NCBI GenBank assembly: GCA_965206595.1
Contig: OZ242214.1
Span: 3,264,001-3,328,000, forward strand
Direction of reading: 5' to 3'
Source: Candidatus Latescibacterota bacterium
GTDB lineage: Bacteria > Latescibacterota > UBA2968 > UBA8231
Length of the DNA: 64,000 bases
The stretch's first letter is position 1, and each line of letters starts with the position of its first letter. Below the pieces are notes generated by a model. It was not told the origin of the DNA and ran no database searches. It saw nothing but the letters and a program-made list of their open reading frames with translations. This document shows, one piece after another, positions 10,644 to 22,162 of this stretch. The translations under genes and the position numbers were made by a program.

Positions 10644-11495
10644 ATGCGACGATTACGACGACTTTTTCTGGCCAGCCTGACGCTGCTGCTGTGGATGCCG
10701 CTTGAGGCGGTCGCCCAAAACGATACGGGAACCCTGGAGGTGCTGGTGGAGGGGGAGGTTTCAGGGGCTTCAGGGGCCAGTAGCACCACCCCGTCTTCCA
10801 CCTTCGAGACGCGCACGGTTTCGAATCTCGTAAGGGTCGACATAGGACTTGGGCAATCGGTCACGGACTCCGGTCAACGGATTGGAACCGGTTCCGGGAC
10901 CGTCATCACGCCGACCGTCACGGAATCGGATCTGGTCACCGAACCCAGTGTGTATCCCCAAAATTTCCGCCACGTCACCAAGGACGCCCAAGGACGGATT
11001 TGGGCGACGGCCAAGGAGCCACATGGGCTCTATGTATTCTCCGACAGCACGTGGATACGCGTCCTTCCTCCGTATCTGGGTGCCCGGGACCTCGGCCGGG
11101 ACGCGCAGGGCAGAATCTGGGTGATAGCAAGTTCCGACATCGTGTACCGCATATCGGGTGATACGCTGACAGAGTACAGCGGCTTACAAAATCTCGGAGT
11201 CGGGTCTCTGAACTGTTTTGCCGGGGGGGCAGGAGACACCGTGTGGATGGGGGGGTACAGTGTAGTCGGAGGGGAGTTGAATCCGGCCCTGTTCTTGCGT
11301 TTCGACGGGCGAGAGTGGCGGCGGTTCTCAGGTACCGACGGGTTGCCCGACTACGCAACGATCGATGCGATGGCGGTAGACAGCACCGGCGCGGTGTGGG
11401 GCAAACCCGTCTATGATGAACCTGACTACCTCGGTGAGAGGAGTAGGTTTTTCAGGGCCGTGCAAATTAGGGATCGGAAGGTATCCTCTTCCTGA
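10644..11495 (+). CDS. Secreted protein with ligand-binding beta-propeller (Reg_prop-like) repeats, probably truncated
   Basis: Signal peptide and repeats KDAQGRIWA, RDAQGRIWV, FSGTDGLP..IDAMAVDSTGAVW. It ends abruptly in unrelated-looking sequence. Confidence 0.65.
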   Translation: MRRLRRLFLASLTLLLWMPLEAVAQNDTGTLEVLVEGEVSGASGASSTTPSSTFETRTVSNLVRVDIGLGQSVTDSGQRIGTGSGTVITPTVTESDLVTEPSVYPQNFRHVTKDAQGRIWATAKEPHGLYVFSDSTWIRVLPPYLGARDLGRDAQGRIWVIASSDIVYRISGDTLTEYSGLQNLGVGSLNCFAGGAGDTVWMGGYSVVGGELNPALFLRFDGREWRRFSGTDGLPDYATIDAMAVDSTGAVWGKPVYDEPDYLGERSRFFRAVQIRDRKVSSS

Positions 11496-11633
11496 GTGTC
11501 ATGTACCCGATCCCGTAGAGGAGTCCATCTTTTTGGCCAGGGGGATCTCGCCATCGTGTCGATCCCGGGCTCCCGCGGCCCCTTGGGACAGGTCCTCGCC
11601 TGTGGAAATAAACCGACTTCAAGGAGTGGGATC

Positions 11634-14511
11634 ATGAAACGAACCGTTCTCCCCTTGCTCGTTTTGGGTTTTCTGGCCGGTGGCCTTCCTGCGCAGGCTT
11701 CCCCTCCGCCTGCCGACAACCCGCATTTCTGCTGGCCGCTCGATATCCAGTCGGGGCCGTTCGAGGTGCCCGCCCCCGCCGCCAAGCCGCAGGCGGACCT
11801 CAACGTCGGCGAACCCCGCACCGTGCGGATGATCTACTTCCTACCCAACGACGGTGTATTCCGTCAGGAGCAGGTCGATGCGCTAAAGGCCACCATTGGA
11901 AAAGTTCAGAGCTTTTTCGTCGACCAGATGGAGGCGCACGGCCACGGCAAGCGCACCTTGCGCATTGAAACCGACGCCGAGGGTGAGCCGCTGGTGCATC
12001 GGGTGGTTGGGCAACACCCCGACAGCCACTATCTGGAAGACACCCAGGTTGCGTACCGCGAGATCGAGCAGTTCTTCGACCTCAACGAGAATGTCTACCT
12101 GATTTTGGCTGATCTCAGCACCTCAAACATCGGCCTGGGCAATGGTCGGACTGCGGCAGGAATCGGCTGGGGGTACAAGAAGGGGGGTCAGGCGCTGGTC
12201 TCGCCGCCGGTGTATTTCCAACTCATTGCCCACGAACTCGGCCATGCCTTCGGCTTGCACCACGACTTCCGCGATAGGGCCTACATCATGTCCTATGGCC
12301 CCGGGCGGGGCCAGTTGTCCGCCTGCGCGGCCGAATTCCTGGCCGTGCATCCCTATTTCAATCCGGACAGTCTCCTCGAAATCGATTGGGAGGGGGCGCC
12401 GACCGTCGAGCTGGTTTCGCCGCGCACCTTTGGGGGGGACGCAACAAGTGTCCCCGTCCGCGTCAACGTTTCGGATTCGGATGGGGTTCGCCACGTGACG
12501 ATGGTCCAGACCAGTGTGTGGCTGCCGGCGAGGGAAATTTTGGGGTGTCGTGGGTTGGACGGCCAGAGCCATGCCGCCGTTGAATTCGAGTATGACGGCT
12601 CGCAACCCTCCAGGCCTTCCTTACGTCTCTTCGATAGGGCTATCCACCAGATTTTGGTCCGGGCCGTCGATGCGGGGGGAAACTGGGGCTGGAAGACTTT
12701 CCAGCTTTTGGATACCTCCCACTTGATTGCCGCTCTTGCAGATCAGGCGTTTAAGGTCGAGACGGTGTCGTTTTCTCCCGATGGGGCCACTTTGGCGTCG
12801 GGAGGCGATTTGGACGAACGGGTCAGGGTGTGGGATGTAGAGACCGGAAGCGTGACCGCCACTCTCGACGTGGGGAATGAGGGGGTTGGGGTCAAGGCCG
12901 TGTCGTTTTCTCCTGACGGCTCCCTGCTGGCTTCCGGGTCGTACTTCACCCTCGACTTGTGGGACGTAGAGACGGGGAGACGGATCTTCGTCCTGGACGA
13001 TGGGAAAACTCTAACCATTTCCGTGTCGTTTTCTCCCAATGGTTCCCTGCTGGCTTCCGGGACGCGATTTGGCACGGTCAAGCTGTGGGACGTGGAAACC
13101 CGAGAACGAGTCGGGACGCTGGAAGGGCATAGTGAAGTCACGGCGCTGTCGTTTTCTCCCGATGGTTCCCTCCTGGCCTCGGCCGGGGGGTGGGACGACG
13201 GCACGGTCAAGCTGTGGGACGTGGAAACCCGAGAAGTACGGCGGCCCTCTCCCCGGTGCGACCGTCACCTTTGCGGTCACCGCCGGCGAGGGGAGCCTCA
13301 CGGCCACCACGGCCACCACCGATGAAAACGGCCGCGCCACTACCCTCTTGACCCTGGGAAAGGACCCGGTAAGGAATACCGTTACGGCAAGAGTCGCCCA
13401 GGTGAAACCGGTGATCTTCGGGGCCACCGGGAGGGCGATTCCCAAGGCCTTGACCAAGCTCTCCGGCGATGAACAGGAAGGCCCGGCCGGAACGGCGTTG
13501 CCCGAGCCATTCGTCGTCGAGGTTCGGGACCAGAACAACCACCCCCTCGAAGGGGTCCCCGTCGCGTTTTCGGTCACTTCGGGTGAAGGCACCCTCTCGG
13601 CGGCAAACGACACCACCGATGCGGCCGGCCGCGCCGAGGCCACCCTGTCGCTGGGAAGCCAGCCAGGAACCATCACCGTCCTGGCAAAGGCCGACGAGTT
13701 ATTTCAGGCCACCTTTATCGCCTTCGGGGTTGCCGTCCCCCAAAGCCTGGCCAAGCTCTCCGGCGACGGGCAGCAGGGAGACCCCGGCGCTTCGCTGGCC
13801 GAGCCGTTTGTGGTTTCGGTCCTGGATCAGACCGGGGCGGCGTTTTCCGGGGCCACCGTTGCCTTCGCGGTCACCGCCGGCGACGGGACCCTCTCGGCAA
13901 CCACGGCCACCACCGATGCCAACGGCCGCGCCTCCACCACTTTGACTCTGGGCCTGTCCGGGGCCAGCACCGTCACCGTATCCGTTGCCGGCCTCGAGCC
14001 TGCCATCTTCACCGCCAGCGCCAAGGCAACCCCCGACTTCGACGGCGACGGTGAGACCGGCTTCTCCGACTTCTTCCTGTTCGCAGACGCCTTCGGCGGC
14101 AGCGACCCCCGCTTCGACCTCGACGGCAGCGGCAGTGTCGACTTCGGCGACTTCTTCCTTCTGGCCGACCACTTCGGGGATCCCGCCCGCGGCAAGCTAC
14201 TCGCCCTGGCCCGGGAAATGATCGGACTTCCCGACGGCCCCCAACTGCAGCAGAACGTCCCCAACCCCTTCAACAGCCAGACCGTCATCTCCTGGTTCCT
14301 GCTGCGGCCGGGTCCGGCGCGAGTAGAAGTGTTTTCCCTGATGGGTCAGCGGGTGGCCGTGCTGCACCAGGGGGCAAAGAAGGCCGGGGGCCACCGCGTG
14401 CACTGGGACGGGCGCGACGACGGGGGCCGTCCCCTGGCCAGCGGCGTATACTTCTACCGACTGGTCACTGACGAGAGCGTTCCGACGCGCAAGCTAACTC
14501 TTCTGCGGTGA
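11634..14511 (+). pseudogene. Secreted zinc metallopeptidase-WD40-Big_1(invasin)-EF-hand/dockerin-like-FlgD/T9SS-tail protein, frame break at ~13235
   Basis: Signal peptide and AHELGHAFGLHH; WD40 repeats (VSFSPDGSLLASG..VKLWDVET). After the frame change come Big_1 repeats (TFAVTAGEG..TTDENGRA), DFDGDGETGFSDFFLF twice, and QNVPNPFN..WDGRDDGGRPLASGVYFYRL. Confidence 0.85.
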
Positions 14512-14663
14512 TCCTGTTTCGGGCAAGACCACGACCCCGAGTGCCGGCCGTGGCCTGCTGGCCATAACCCGAAACCATATGATCCAAGACCTGACCTCGC
14601 TATCGGGTCGGCTTCGAACGGTTAGAATTCAGCGGGCTTGGAGGAAGAATTGCCGAGATAGGA

Positions 14664-15600
14664 CTATCCCCTGCCCAGCAGCTCCTCGACCTCGGCGCGC
14701 CGCGGCATCGAGTCCTGGACCCCGGGCCGAGTGACCGCCAGGGCCCCGGCCGCGGCGGCGAAGGTGACGGCGTCCCGCAGGTTCCGGCCCTCGGCGAGGG
14801 CGACGGCGAGGGCGCCGTGGAAGGCATCTCCAGCCGAGGTGGTGTCGACCGCCTCGACGGCAAAGGGAAGGGACGAACCCCTCCTCATCGCCGCTTCTGT
14901 AGTAAGCCCCCAGCTCCGCCATCTTTATCACCGCGGCAGGTGCCCCCCGTTGGAGAAGCAGGCCGGCGGCTCGAGCGGCCGACTCCACACTGTCGACGGC
15001 GACGCCGACCAAAAACTCCGCTTCCGTCTGGTTCGGCGCGACAATATCGAACGCCGCAAAAGCTTCCGCCGGGATGTCGGCAGCCGGGGCCGGGTCGAGG
15101 ATGACGCGGACGTTCCGGTCCCTGGCCGCCCGCGCCGCGCGCAGGGATACGTCGAGAGGGATCTCCATCTGCAACAGCAGGACGTCGGTGTCCGGCAGGG
15201 CGGCTTCGACCGCCCGCAGCTGTTCGCCGCCGCAGCGCAGGTTGGCGCCGTAGGTCGCCAGGACGCGGTTCTGGCCGCTGCCGTCGACGAGGATGACGCC
15301 GACCCCGGAGGCCGCCTCCGGATCGACGGAGACGGCGGCGGTGTCGACGCCGTGGGAACGCAGGGACTCGAGGAGGGCGGGGCCGAAGAGGTCGTCGCCG
15401 ACGCGGCCCACCATTTTGACGCGCGCTCCCTGGCGGGACGCGGCCACCGCCTGGGTCGCCCCCTTGCCGCCGGGGGAGCTGTAGAAGCGCTCGCCGCGCA
15501 GGGTCTGGCCAGGGGCCGGCAGGGTTCCGGCACGGGTGATCAGCCCCATGTTGATGCCGCCGAGGACGAGGACGCGGGGGGTGGTGGATGCGGCGGTCAA
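14664..15600 (-). CDS. rbsK: Ribokinase (frameshift near 14868)
   Basis: GINMGL..P.PGQT, PGGKGATQAVAA, GRVGDDLFG and PNQTEA motifs. The C-terminal VDTTSAGDAF anion-hole motif is in the adjacent frame (ORF 14664-14888). Confidence 0.85.
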
Positions 15601-15616
15601 GGGTTCTACAGCCCCC

Positions 15617-16855
15617 TTACCCGCAGATCACCGGATTCGGACGCGCGCTATACCCCCCCGGTTTGTAGGGAAACCGCTTCTCCAGGTCCGGGGCCAACTC
15701 CATGCCGAAACCGGGCCGGTCCGGCAGGTCCATGTAGCCGTCCACCACCACCAGCGGATCGGTGAAGATCTCGGTGCGCAGCGGGTCCCAGGTCTCGAAC
15801 TGCTCCAGCATCAGCGCATTCGGGCTGGCGGCCACGAGGGCGGCGTTGGCAAGAGTGCAGCTGCCGTCCCCCCAGTTGTGCGGGCAGAACGGCCTGCCGT
15901 GCGAGGCGGCCATGCGCACCACCCGCCAGGCTTCCATCAGCCCGATGCGGCCGGCGTCGGGCTGCGGCATCTCGATGGCGCCGCGGTCGACCCACTCCTT
16001 GAGCTCGTGGCTGTTCCAGCAGGACTCGCCCCCCGAGATCATCACCGTCGGCAGCGCCTCCTGCAGCCGCAGGTAGCGGTCGAAGGCGTCCTCTCCCTGG
16101 CGGCTCATCGGCTCCTCGAACCAGGTGAAGCGCAGCTCCTCGAGGACGGGTGCCAGCTGCAGGGCCTCCTCCAGCGACCAGGGGCGCAGCTCGAGGGCGA
16201 GGTCGAAGCCGTCCCCGACCGCGGCGCGCACGCGCTCGAGCCAGGGGATGAACTTGTCGACCGTCATGCCGCTGAACTCCCACTCGGTCCCGGGGCGGAA
16301 CTTGTAGGCGGTGAACCCCAGCTCCTTCATCGCCGCGGCCTCCTCGACCAGCTGCTCGGGGCGGTCGTACCAGGCGTACTTGACGCCGGCGCTGGCGTAC
16401 ACGCGCAGGCGCGTATTCGGCTCCGCGTCGACTGCGAGCAGGTCGTACACCGGCCGCCCGGTGAGCTTGCCGATGAGGTCGAAGAGGGCGGCATCGGCTC
16501 CGGCCCAGGCGCAGCGCCCGATGCTGGTGGCGCCGCCCCAGGCGAAGCGGTCGAAGTCGAAGGGGTTCGTCCCGATCAGGCTGGGGCCGACCACCTCCTC
16601 GAGGTATTTCTTGACCGGCAGGCAGCACCCGCCCCCGCTGTAGCGGCTGGCGCCGCCGAGGCCGACCACTCCCTGGTCGGTGTGGATGCGGACGATGATG
16701 GAGTCGGACTTCCACCAGATGTTGCGGACCACGAGAAGCTGCTCCTCGGGCGGGTACTCGCAGGTGAGCAGGGTGACCTCGAGTCCGGTGATGGCCACGT
16801 TCTGGCGCTCGATCCCCTCGAGCGGGTGCAGGCGGTTTCGCTGGGGCTGGTTCAT
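15617..16855 (-). CDS. Mandelate racemase/muconate lactonizing enzyme family protein
   Basis: ALFDLIGKLTGRPVYDLL, VYAS, GFTAYKFR, WFEEP, GGES, QPD, PHNW and LPDRPGFG motifs. The likely start is MNQPQ at 16855. Confidence 0.88.
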   Translation of the reverse strand: MNQPQRNRLHPLEGIERQNVAITGLEVTLLTCEYPPEEQLLVVRNIWWKSDSIIVRIHTDQGVVGLGGASRYSGGGCCLPVKKYLEEVVGPSLIGTNPFDFDRFAWGGATSIGRCAWAGADAALFDLIGKLTGRPVYDLLAVDAEPNTRLRVYASAGVKYAWYDRPEQLVEEAAAMKELGFTAYKFRPGTEWEFSGMTVDKFIPWLERVRAAVGDGFDLALELRPWSLEEALQLAPVLEELRFTWFEEPMSRQGEDAFDRYLRLQEALPTVMISGGESCWNSHELKEWVDRGAIEMPQPDAGRIGLMEAWRVVRMAASHGRPFCPHNWGDGSCTLANAALVAASPNALMLEQFETWDPLRTEIFTDPLVVVDGYMDLPDRPGFGMELAPDLEKRFPYKPGGYSARPNPVICG

Positions 16856-17101
16856 GGCTCGGCTTTCGCTGGGGTTGTCAGGATCGGCAGAATCAAACAG
16901 GAAAGCCGCGGGCAACAAAGTTTTCACCCGGGACCTGCAGGGACGGGAGTGCGGGCCGCGAAGGCTACAAATGCGTTACGGCAGCCACGCATTGCCGGAT
17001 CATTGCCGAACTTTAGTGGCGATGACGAACACGCGAACGGACGCGAGCTACGCTACGAGGGAGGGTGAGGGCTGCTATTCTGGATGCCGCGGCGCGGCTC
17101 G

Positions 17102-17320
17102 CTATGGCTGCCGCTCAACTCGACAAAGATCCGCCGCATAGCGGACCGCGGCTTGGACGGATTCGCGGGTGATCGACGGGTAGCTGCTTGTGATTTTCTC
17201 CGGGTTCAAATCTGCCGCGAGGTTGTCGAGAACCGTGGACACCAGCACGCGGGTGCCCGTGATGCAGGCCTTTCCATGGCAGACTTCCGGGTCGACGGTT
17301 ATGTAGTCCCGCCAGTTCAT
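17102..17320 (-). CDS. DUF433-family antitoxin-like protein
   Basis: [39 protein letters not shown]; its ATG overlaps the hsdR stop (ATGA). Confidence 0.88.
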   Translation of the reverse strand: MNWRDYITVDPEVCHGKACITGTRVLVSTVLDNLAADLNPEKITSSYPSITRESVQAAVRYAADLCRVERQP

Positions 17321-20300
17321 GGCTCCCCGAGCACTTCCAGGAACTCGGCAATCACTTGAAGGTCTCCTTCATCCGTACCGGTCAGGACGATAGGCTCAAA
17401 GTCCGGGTTTACGGGCTTCAAAGTGATTTTCGAATGACGCCACGAATCCCCTTCCACTACCCTTTCACTTTCGTAACGCTTGACGGTGTAACGCTGGCTG
17501 GTCTCAGGATCGATTTGGTCTCGGAGCTCGACGAGGACGGTCTTGCCCTGCCGGCTTCCTTCAACCGGGGCGCGGAAGAGACACCAGGAACCGTCCGGGA
17601 TCGCAGGCTCCATGGACCTGCCGACGACCTGGGCGGCGAACATCCCTCGTCTCAACTGGTGCCGTGATTCCACGGCCACCCACTCGAAACCATCCTCCTC
17701 GATGTGCCGGGGCTCACCAAATGCCCCCGCTGCGGCCTTGAGCGGAACGAGCGGCACACAGCTCACGTAACGCTCCTCTGAACGGCCTTCCACCACGCGC
17801 AGTCCCGCCGGGAAGGCCTGCTCCGTGGGCAGTTCGTCCGATGCGGCCTGATCGGTCCGCAGCCTTCGATAAGCTTCGGAAGCCATCCAACTGGTGACGA
17901 TCCGCTGGAAGGAGGAGTCGTTCATGTAGCGGACGAAGATCTCCTCGTTCTGGTCCATGCGTTCGACGAAGATCCGCTCCAGAAGATTCCTGAACACCAG
18001 CTCGAATTTGTCCTCCGGGTTCACCGCGGCTGCCTGACGCAGTCCGTCGTCGCTCATCGCCGCCTCGACGATCTGGTCGAAGAAGAGCTGGTCCGCCTGG
18101 TTGAAGTCGGTACCGAAGCGCTCGTTGACAACGTCAATAAGCTGAGAAAGCGGCAACGCCTCCTCGTGTGCAGCGCCGCTGCCGACCTCGGTTGGCCCAT
18201 CCAGAGCGTGCGTGTCCCCCCCGGCGAGGGAGATCGAACCCTCACTGATCTTCTGCAGGCGGTAGTACTCGAGCCGGACCTCGTCATCGAACTGATAGGC
18301 GGGACCGCTCCGGCGCCGTGGCAGCTTGGCCGCCAGATGGCGCAGGAACACGTACAGGCGCTCGAGGTCCGAATCCTGGTACGGGATGATCTGACTCAGG
18401 AAGCCGTACAGGTTGCGGAACGCCTGAGCCTTTCCGCGCCAGAGCTCCGCTTGGTTCTCGTCCTCTCTCTGTAGATCCTCGAAACGGGAAACCGCCGGAT
18501 CGAGAGCTGCGTTCATCGTCTGGTGGTCCTGAGTGCTTTGCCGTTGCTTCGGCTTGAAGTACACGGCACAGAACCGCTCGACCTCTTCATCGAGATAGAT
18601 CCCTGAAGCGTCGAGCTCACCCTTGACCGCGTACATGCGGGCGGGATCCACTTCTTCCCCCATCTCCGTCCCTTCGTAGTAGACCTTGAACGCTTCGCGG
18701 ATCTCTTCGGGGTCGTTTACGAAGTCGAGGACGAAGGTGTCTTCCTTGAGGGGGTGGGTGCGGTTGAGTCGCGACAGCGTCTGCACCGCCTGGATGCCGG
18801 CAAGCCGCTTGTCCACGTACATCGTGTGCAGAAGCGGCTGATCGAACCCGGTCTGGTATTTCTCCGCGACGAGCAGCACCTGGTACTCCTGCGTCGCGAA
18901 CTTTTCCGGAAGCTCTTTCTGCCGAATCCCGGCGTTCATCTTTTCTTCGGTGTACTCAACGTCCGGAAGCTTGTCGTCCTGAACCGTTCCCGAGAAGGCG
19001 ACCAGGGTTTTGATGGCGTATCCCTTCTCCTGGATGTAGCGATCAAAGCTCTGCTTGTAGCGCACGGCCTCCAGACGGGAACCGGTGACGACCATGGCTT
19101 TCGCGCGTCCGCCGATCTTGTGCCGGGTGAATGCCTGGAAGTGCTCGACCATCACCTCGGTTTTCTGCGCGATGTTGTGGGGATGCAGGCGCAGAAAGCG
19201 CGCCAGCGCGCGGGCTGCGTTCTTCCGCTCGACGTTGGGATCGTCTTCGCAGGCCTTTAACAGTTTGAAGTAGGTCGCGTACGTGGTGTAGTGCTTGAGC
19301 ACGTCGAGGATGAACTCTTCCTCTATCGCCTGCCGCATGGTGTAGCGGTGGATCGGTTCCCCGCCCCGGCCGAACACCGCCAGCGTCTTGTGTTTGGGCG
19401 TGGCGGTGAAAGCGAAGAAACTCAGGTTCGCCTGCCGTCCGCGTTTGGCCATGCTGCGGAACAGCGCCTCCTGGTCCTTGAGGCCTTCTTCCTGTGCGCG
19501 TTTACGAGCCTCTTCTTGCAGGTCTTCACCGCCGAGGACTTCCTTGAGATCCGTCGCCGTCTCCCCTCCCTGCGAGCTGTGGGCTTCGTCCACTATGACG
19601 GCGCAGCGTTTAGTGGGAAGTACACCTGTACTCTCAACGCCCTGCTCCTTGGCCATCTTGAGTAAATGCCGGGAAACAAATGGGAACTTCTGCAGCGTAG
19701 TGATGATAATCGGGACGGCGTTTTCCAAGGCTTCAGCGAGCTGTCGGGATCGCTCGTCGATCTTCTGCACGACCCCGAGCTTGTGCTCGAACTGGTAGAT
19801 CGTGTCCTGCAGTTGCTGGTCCAGCACAACCCGGTCAGTCACCACGATCACGCTGTCGAAGACGCGCTCGTTCGCCTCGTCGTGCAGGGAAGCGAGTCGG
19901 TGCGCCAGCCAGCCGATCGTGTTGCTCTTGCCGCTGCCGGCCGAATGCTCGACGAGGTAGTTGTTGCCGACCCCCTCGCGACGAGCCTTCTCCACCAGCA
20001 GACGGACGGCGTCGAGCTGGTGGTAGCGCGGGAAGATCATCGACTCGACCTTCACCTTGCGGCCATGATCATCCCGTTTCTCCTCGATTTGCAGATGGAC
20101 GAACCGGGCGAGCACATCGAGCAGGCTGTCCCGGGTGAGTACTTCCTCCCAGAGGTAGGCGGTCCGGTAGCTGCGGCCGTTCGGATCGGGCGGGTTTCCG
20201 GCCCCTCCGTCACTTCCCTTGTCCAAGGGCAGGAAGTGGGTCGCGTCGCCAGCAAGCCGCGTGGTCATGCGCACGCACTCGGTGTCGACGGCGAAGTGAA

Positions 20301-20859
20301 CGAGCGTACGTCGTTTGAACTCGAAGATCGGCTCGCGGGGATCGCGGTCGCGCCGGTACTGGTGGATCGCATCCTCCACCGTCTGCCCGGTGAGCGGGTT
20401 CTTCAGCTCAACCGTGGCGACGGGGATACCGTTCAGGCTCACTGTCAGGTCAAGCGACTTCTCCGAACGGGATGAGAAACGAAGCTGTCGCGTAAGCCCG
20501 AGCTGGTTGGCAACGTAGCGGGCTTCGAGCTCGGGGTTCAATTCATGGGCGGCTTTGAAGAACGCCACGTGAAGCGTCCGGCCGTAGCACTTGAAGCCGT
20601 GCCGAAGAGTTGCCAGCGAGCCGTTGGCGTCCATCCACTTGCACAGGTCCGTGAGAATCTGCTCGCCGGTTTGGACGCCGTGGAGCGCTTCCAGCTTTGC
20701 CCATTGCACGGGCTGGGTCTCGCGGATGAAAGCGAGGACGGTGTCGGGGAAAATTGCGTGGTCGCGGTCGAAGCCCTCTCCTGGGACGGGGACGTATCCG
20801 TTCCGAAGCAGGTGCGCTTCGATTACGGTCTCGAAGGCGGCTTCACTGGTTTGGCTCAT
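17317..20859 (-). CDS. hsdR: Type I restriction enzyme R subunit with C-terminal S24/LexA-like peptidase domain
   Basis: [17 protein letters not shown] nuclease motif; [29 protein letters not shown] and QTLSRLNR helicase motifs; C-terminal [27 protein letters not shown]. Confidence 0.95.
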   Translation of the reverse strand: MSQTSEAAFETVIEAHLLRNGYVPVPGEGFDRDHAIFPDTVLAFIRETQPVQWAKLEALHGVQTGEQILTDLCKWMDANGSLATLRHGFKCYGRTLHVAFFKAAHELNPELEARYVANQLGLTRQLRFSSRSEKSLDLTVSLNGIPVATVELKNPLTGQTVEDAIHQYRRDRDPREPIFEFKRRTLVHFAVDTECVRMTTRLAGDATHFLPLDKGSDGGAGNPPDPNGRSYRTAYLWEEVLTRDSLLDVLARFVHLQIEEKRDDHGRKVKVESMIFPRYHQLDAVRLLVEKARREGVGNNYLVEHSAGSGKSNTIGWLAHRLASLHDEANERVFDSVIVVTDRVVLDQQLQDTIYQFEHKLGVVQKIDERSRQLAEALENAVPIIITTLQKFPFVSRHLLKMAKEQGVESTGVLPTKRCAVIVDEAHSSQGGETATDLKEVLGGEDLQEEARKRAQEEGLKDQEALFRSMAKRGRQANLSFFAFTATPKHKTLAVFGRGGEPIHRYTMRQAIEEEFILDVLKHYTTYATYFKLLKACEDDPNVERKNAARALARFLRLHPHNIAQKTEVMVEHFQAFTRHKIGGRAKAMVVTGSRLEAVRYKQSFDRYIQEKGYAIKTLVAFSGTVQDDKLPDVEYTEEKMNAGIRQKELPEKFATQEYQVLLVAEKYQTGFDQPLLHTMYVDKRLAGIQAVQTLSRLNRTHPLKEDTFVLDFVNDPEEIREAFKVYYEGTEMGEEVDPARMYAVKGELDASGIYLDEEVERFCAVYFKPKQRQSTQDHQTMNAALDPAVSRFEDLQREDENQAELWRGKAQAFRNLYGFLSQIIPYQDSDLERLYVFLRHLAAKLPRRRSGPAYQFDDEVRLEYYRLQKISEGSISLAGGDTHALDGPTEVGSGAAHEEALPLSQLIDVVNERFGTDFNQADQLFFDQIVEAAMSDDGLRQAAAVNPEDKFELVFRNLLERIFVERMDQNEEIFVRYMNDSSFQRIVTSWMASEAYRRLRTDQAASDELPTEQAFPAGLRVVEGRSEERYVSCVPLVPLKAAAGAFGEPRHIEEDGFEWVAVESRHQLRRGMFAAQVVGRSMEPAIPDGSWCLFRAPVEGSRQGKTVLVELRDQIDPETSQRYTVKRYESERVVEGDSWRHSKITLKPVNPDFEPIVLTGTDEGDLQVIAEFLEVLGEP

Positions 20860-20905
20860 GGCGGGCCTTCTGTTACGAATCGCGCCCGTTTAGGCCGCAG
20901 CATCT

Positions 20906-21672
20906 TCACTTCAATTTCTCGCGATGTGTCTCGACCAGAAACTCCGCTACAGCACCCGCGGCATTCACCGCAAGGCTTGCATGTCGTGGTGATGGCCGAA
21001 TGGACAAACGTCCTCCCCTGCCGTGAGAATCGGAGAGTCGATTGCGCAATGTTCCGATACCGTTCACGAGGTTCATCACGCCACCGAGGATCGCCTTGAT
21101 CGGCTCCTCCGAATGCTGGCTTGGCGCGAGGTTCAACGCCTTTGCGGCCTTCGTATACAGCTTCGGCAAGTCGTCCCTGTCGGTATATTCCAGCGAGAGA
21201 TCGTCGAGAATGTGCTTGGTCACGGCTTCCAACAGTGTCCGGGCAAGAGTGATCGCACCTTCGGGGTCGCTCGTCCTGCGCGACAATGCCTTCGACCACA
21301 CCGCGTGAACGTGCTCGTGATCAAACAACTGAAGTGCATCGGACGTGGCCGAATCGGCAGGCGAGAGGTTTTGACCTTCCAGACGGTCAACAAGAGGAGT
21401 GAAAGCCGCACTAATGATCTGTCGGCGCTCCGCGTACGTTGCAGCCTCGTTCTTAATAAATTGCCAGAAAGCATCCAGACTTCGATAGGTACGAACAAAG
21501 CCGGGAAGCAAGCTCTTGATTTCGTTATCGTTCATGAACTCCCGGCGCAAGTGCACGTAAATGTCGTCAACAAGAGAACCACCTGTCGCCGCATCAACCA
21601 GAATACCTTCCATCATCCCATCATCTTGACTCGTTCAATGGTCGAGTCTGGCAGCTCGTTCTCGTTCACCAT
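20906..21672 (-). CDS. Abortive infection (Abi-C-like, HEPN-type) protein
   Basis: DPEGAITLARTLLE..KHIL and LRNRLSDSHG motifs. The true start is probably 21672 (MVNENELPD), displaced by an 8-bp duplication at 21610-21625; the in-frame ORF runs from 21616. Confidence 0.8.
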
Positions 21673-21675
21673 TGT

Positions 21676-22162
21676 TCAACTCGCACCTTTCTGGTTTACA
21701 TAGATAAATTTGAACCATATATCGTCCAAGTGACCGAAGTCTGCATCTGTTGATAGGAGAACAGCCCCGCTTGCGTGAGCCGTCGCGGCTATCCAGAGAT
21801 CATTTTGTTTCATCGACACAGCCGGCGTTGGCGGCGGAGCATTTTGAGGAGAAAGCCACAGGCTTACCGTGGGTCCAGGCGTCAATCCGAGCGTACGCGT
21901 CCAATATCGTTCGTCTGCTGATGTCAAGCGTCGGCACCCCGTTGAGAACTTGCTCAAGGTGGGTTCTTCTGGTGCTGCCCCAACCATTCTTCTCCGCAAG
22001 CGCGAGAATTTCTCCTTGGCAGATAACGGAGGTAAAGACCATTGTTTCCGGATTTCCGAGATTGAATTCTGCGCGAGCCTGGATAGCCCACGGTGCTTCC
22101 CGGGTGAAACCGAGCAACAGGTTCGTGTCCAGGAGGAAACGTGTCATAGCCAGATCGTTCAA
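21676..22162 (-). CDS. PIN-domain (VapC-like) toxin, single-base frameshift near 21853
   Basis: LLDTN and SVICQGEI lie in ORF 21800-22162; NDLWIAATA and STDADFGHL lie in ORF 21676-21999. All four PIN acidic residues are present across the join. Confidence 0.85.

Noticed and set aside
14516-14575. Inverted repeat GTTTCGGG...CCCGAAAC as a possible attC site or terminator
   Set aside because: Wrong box order for attC, no integron integrase, only an 8-bp stem with a long loop, and no U-tract.
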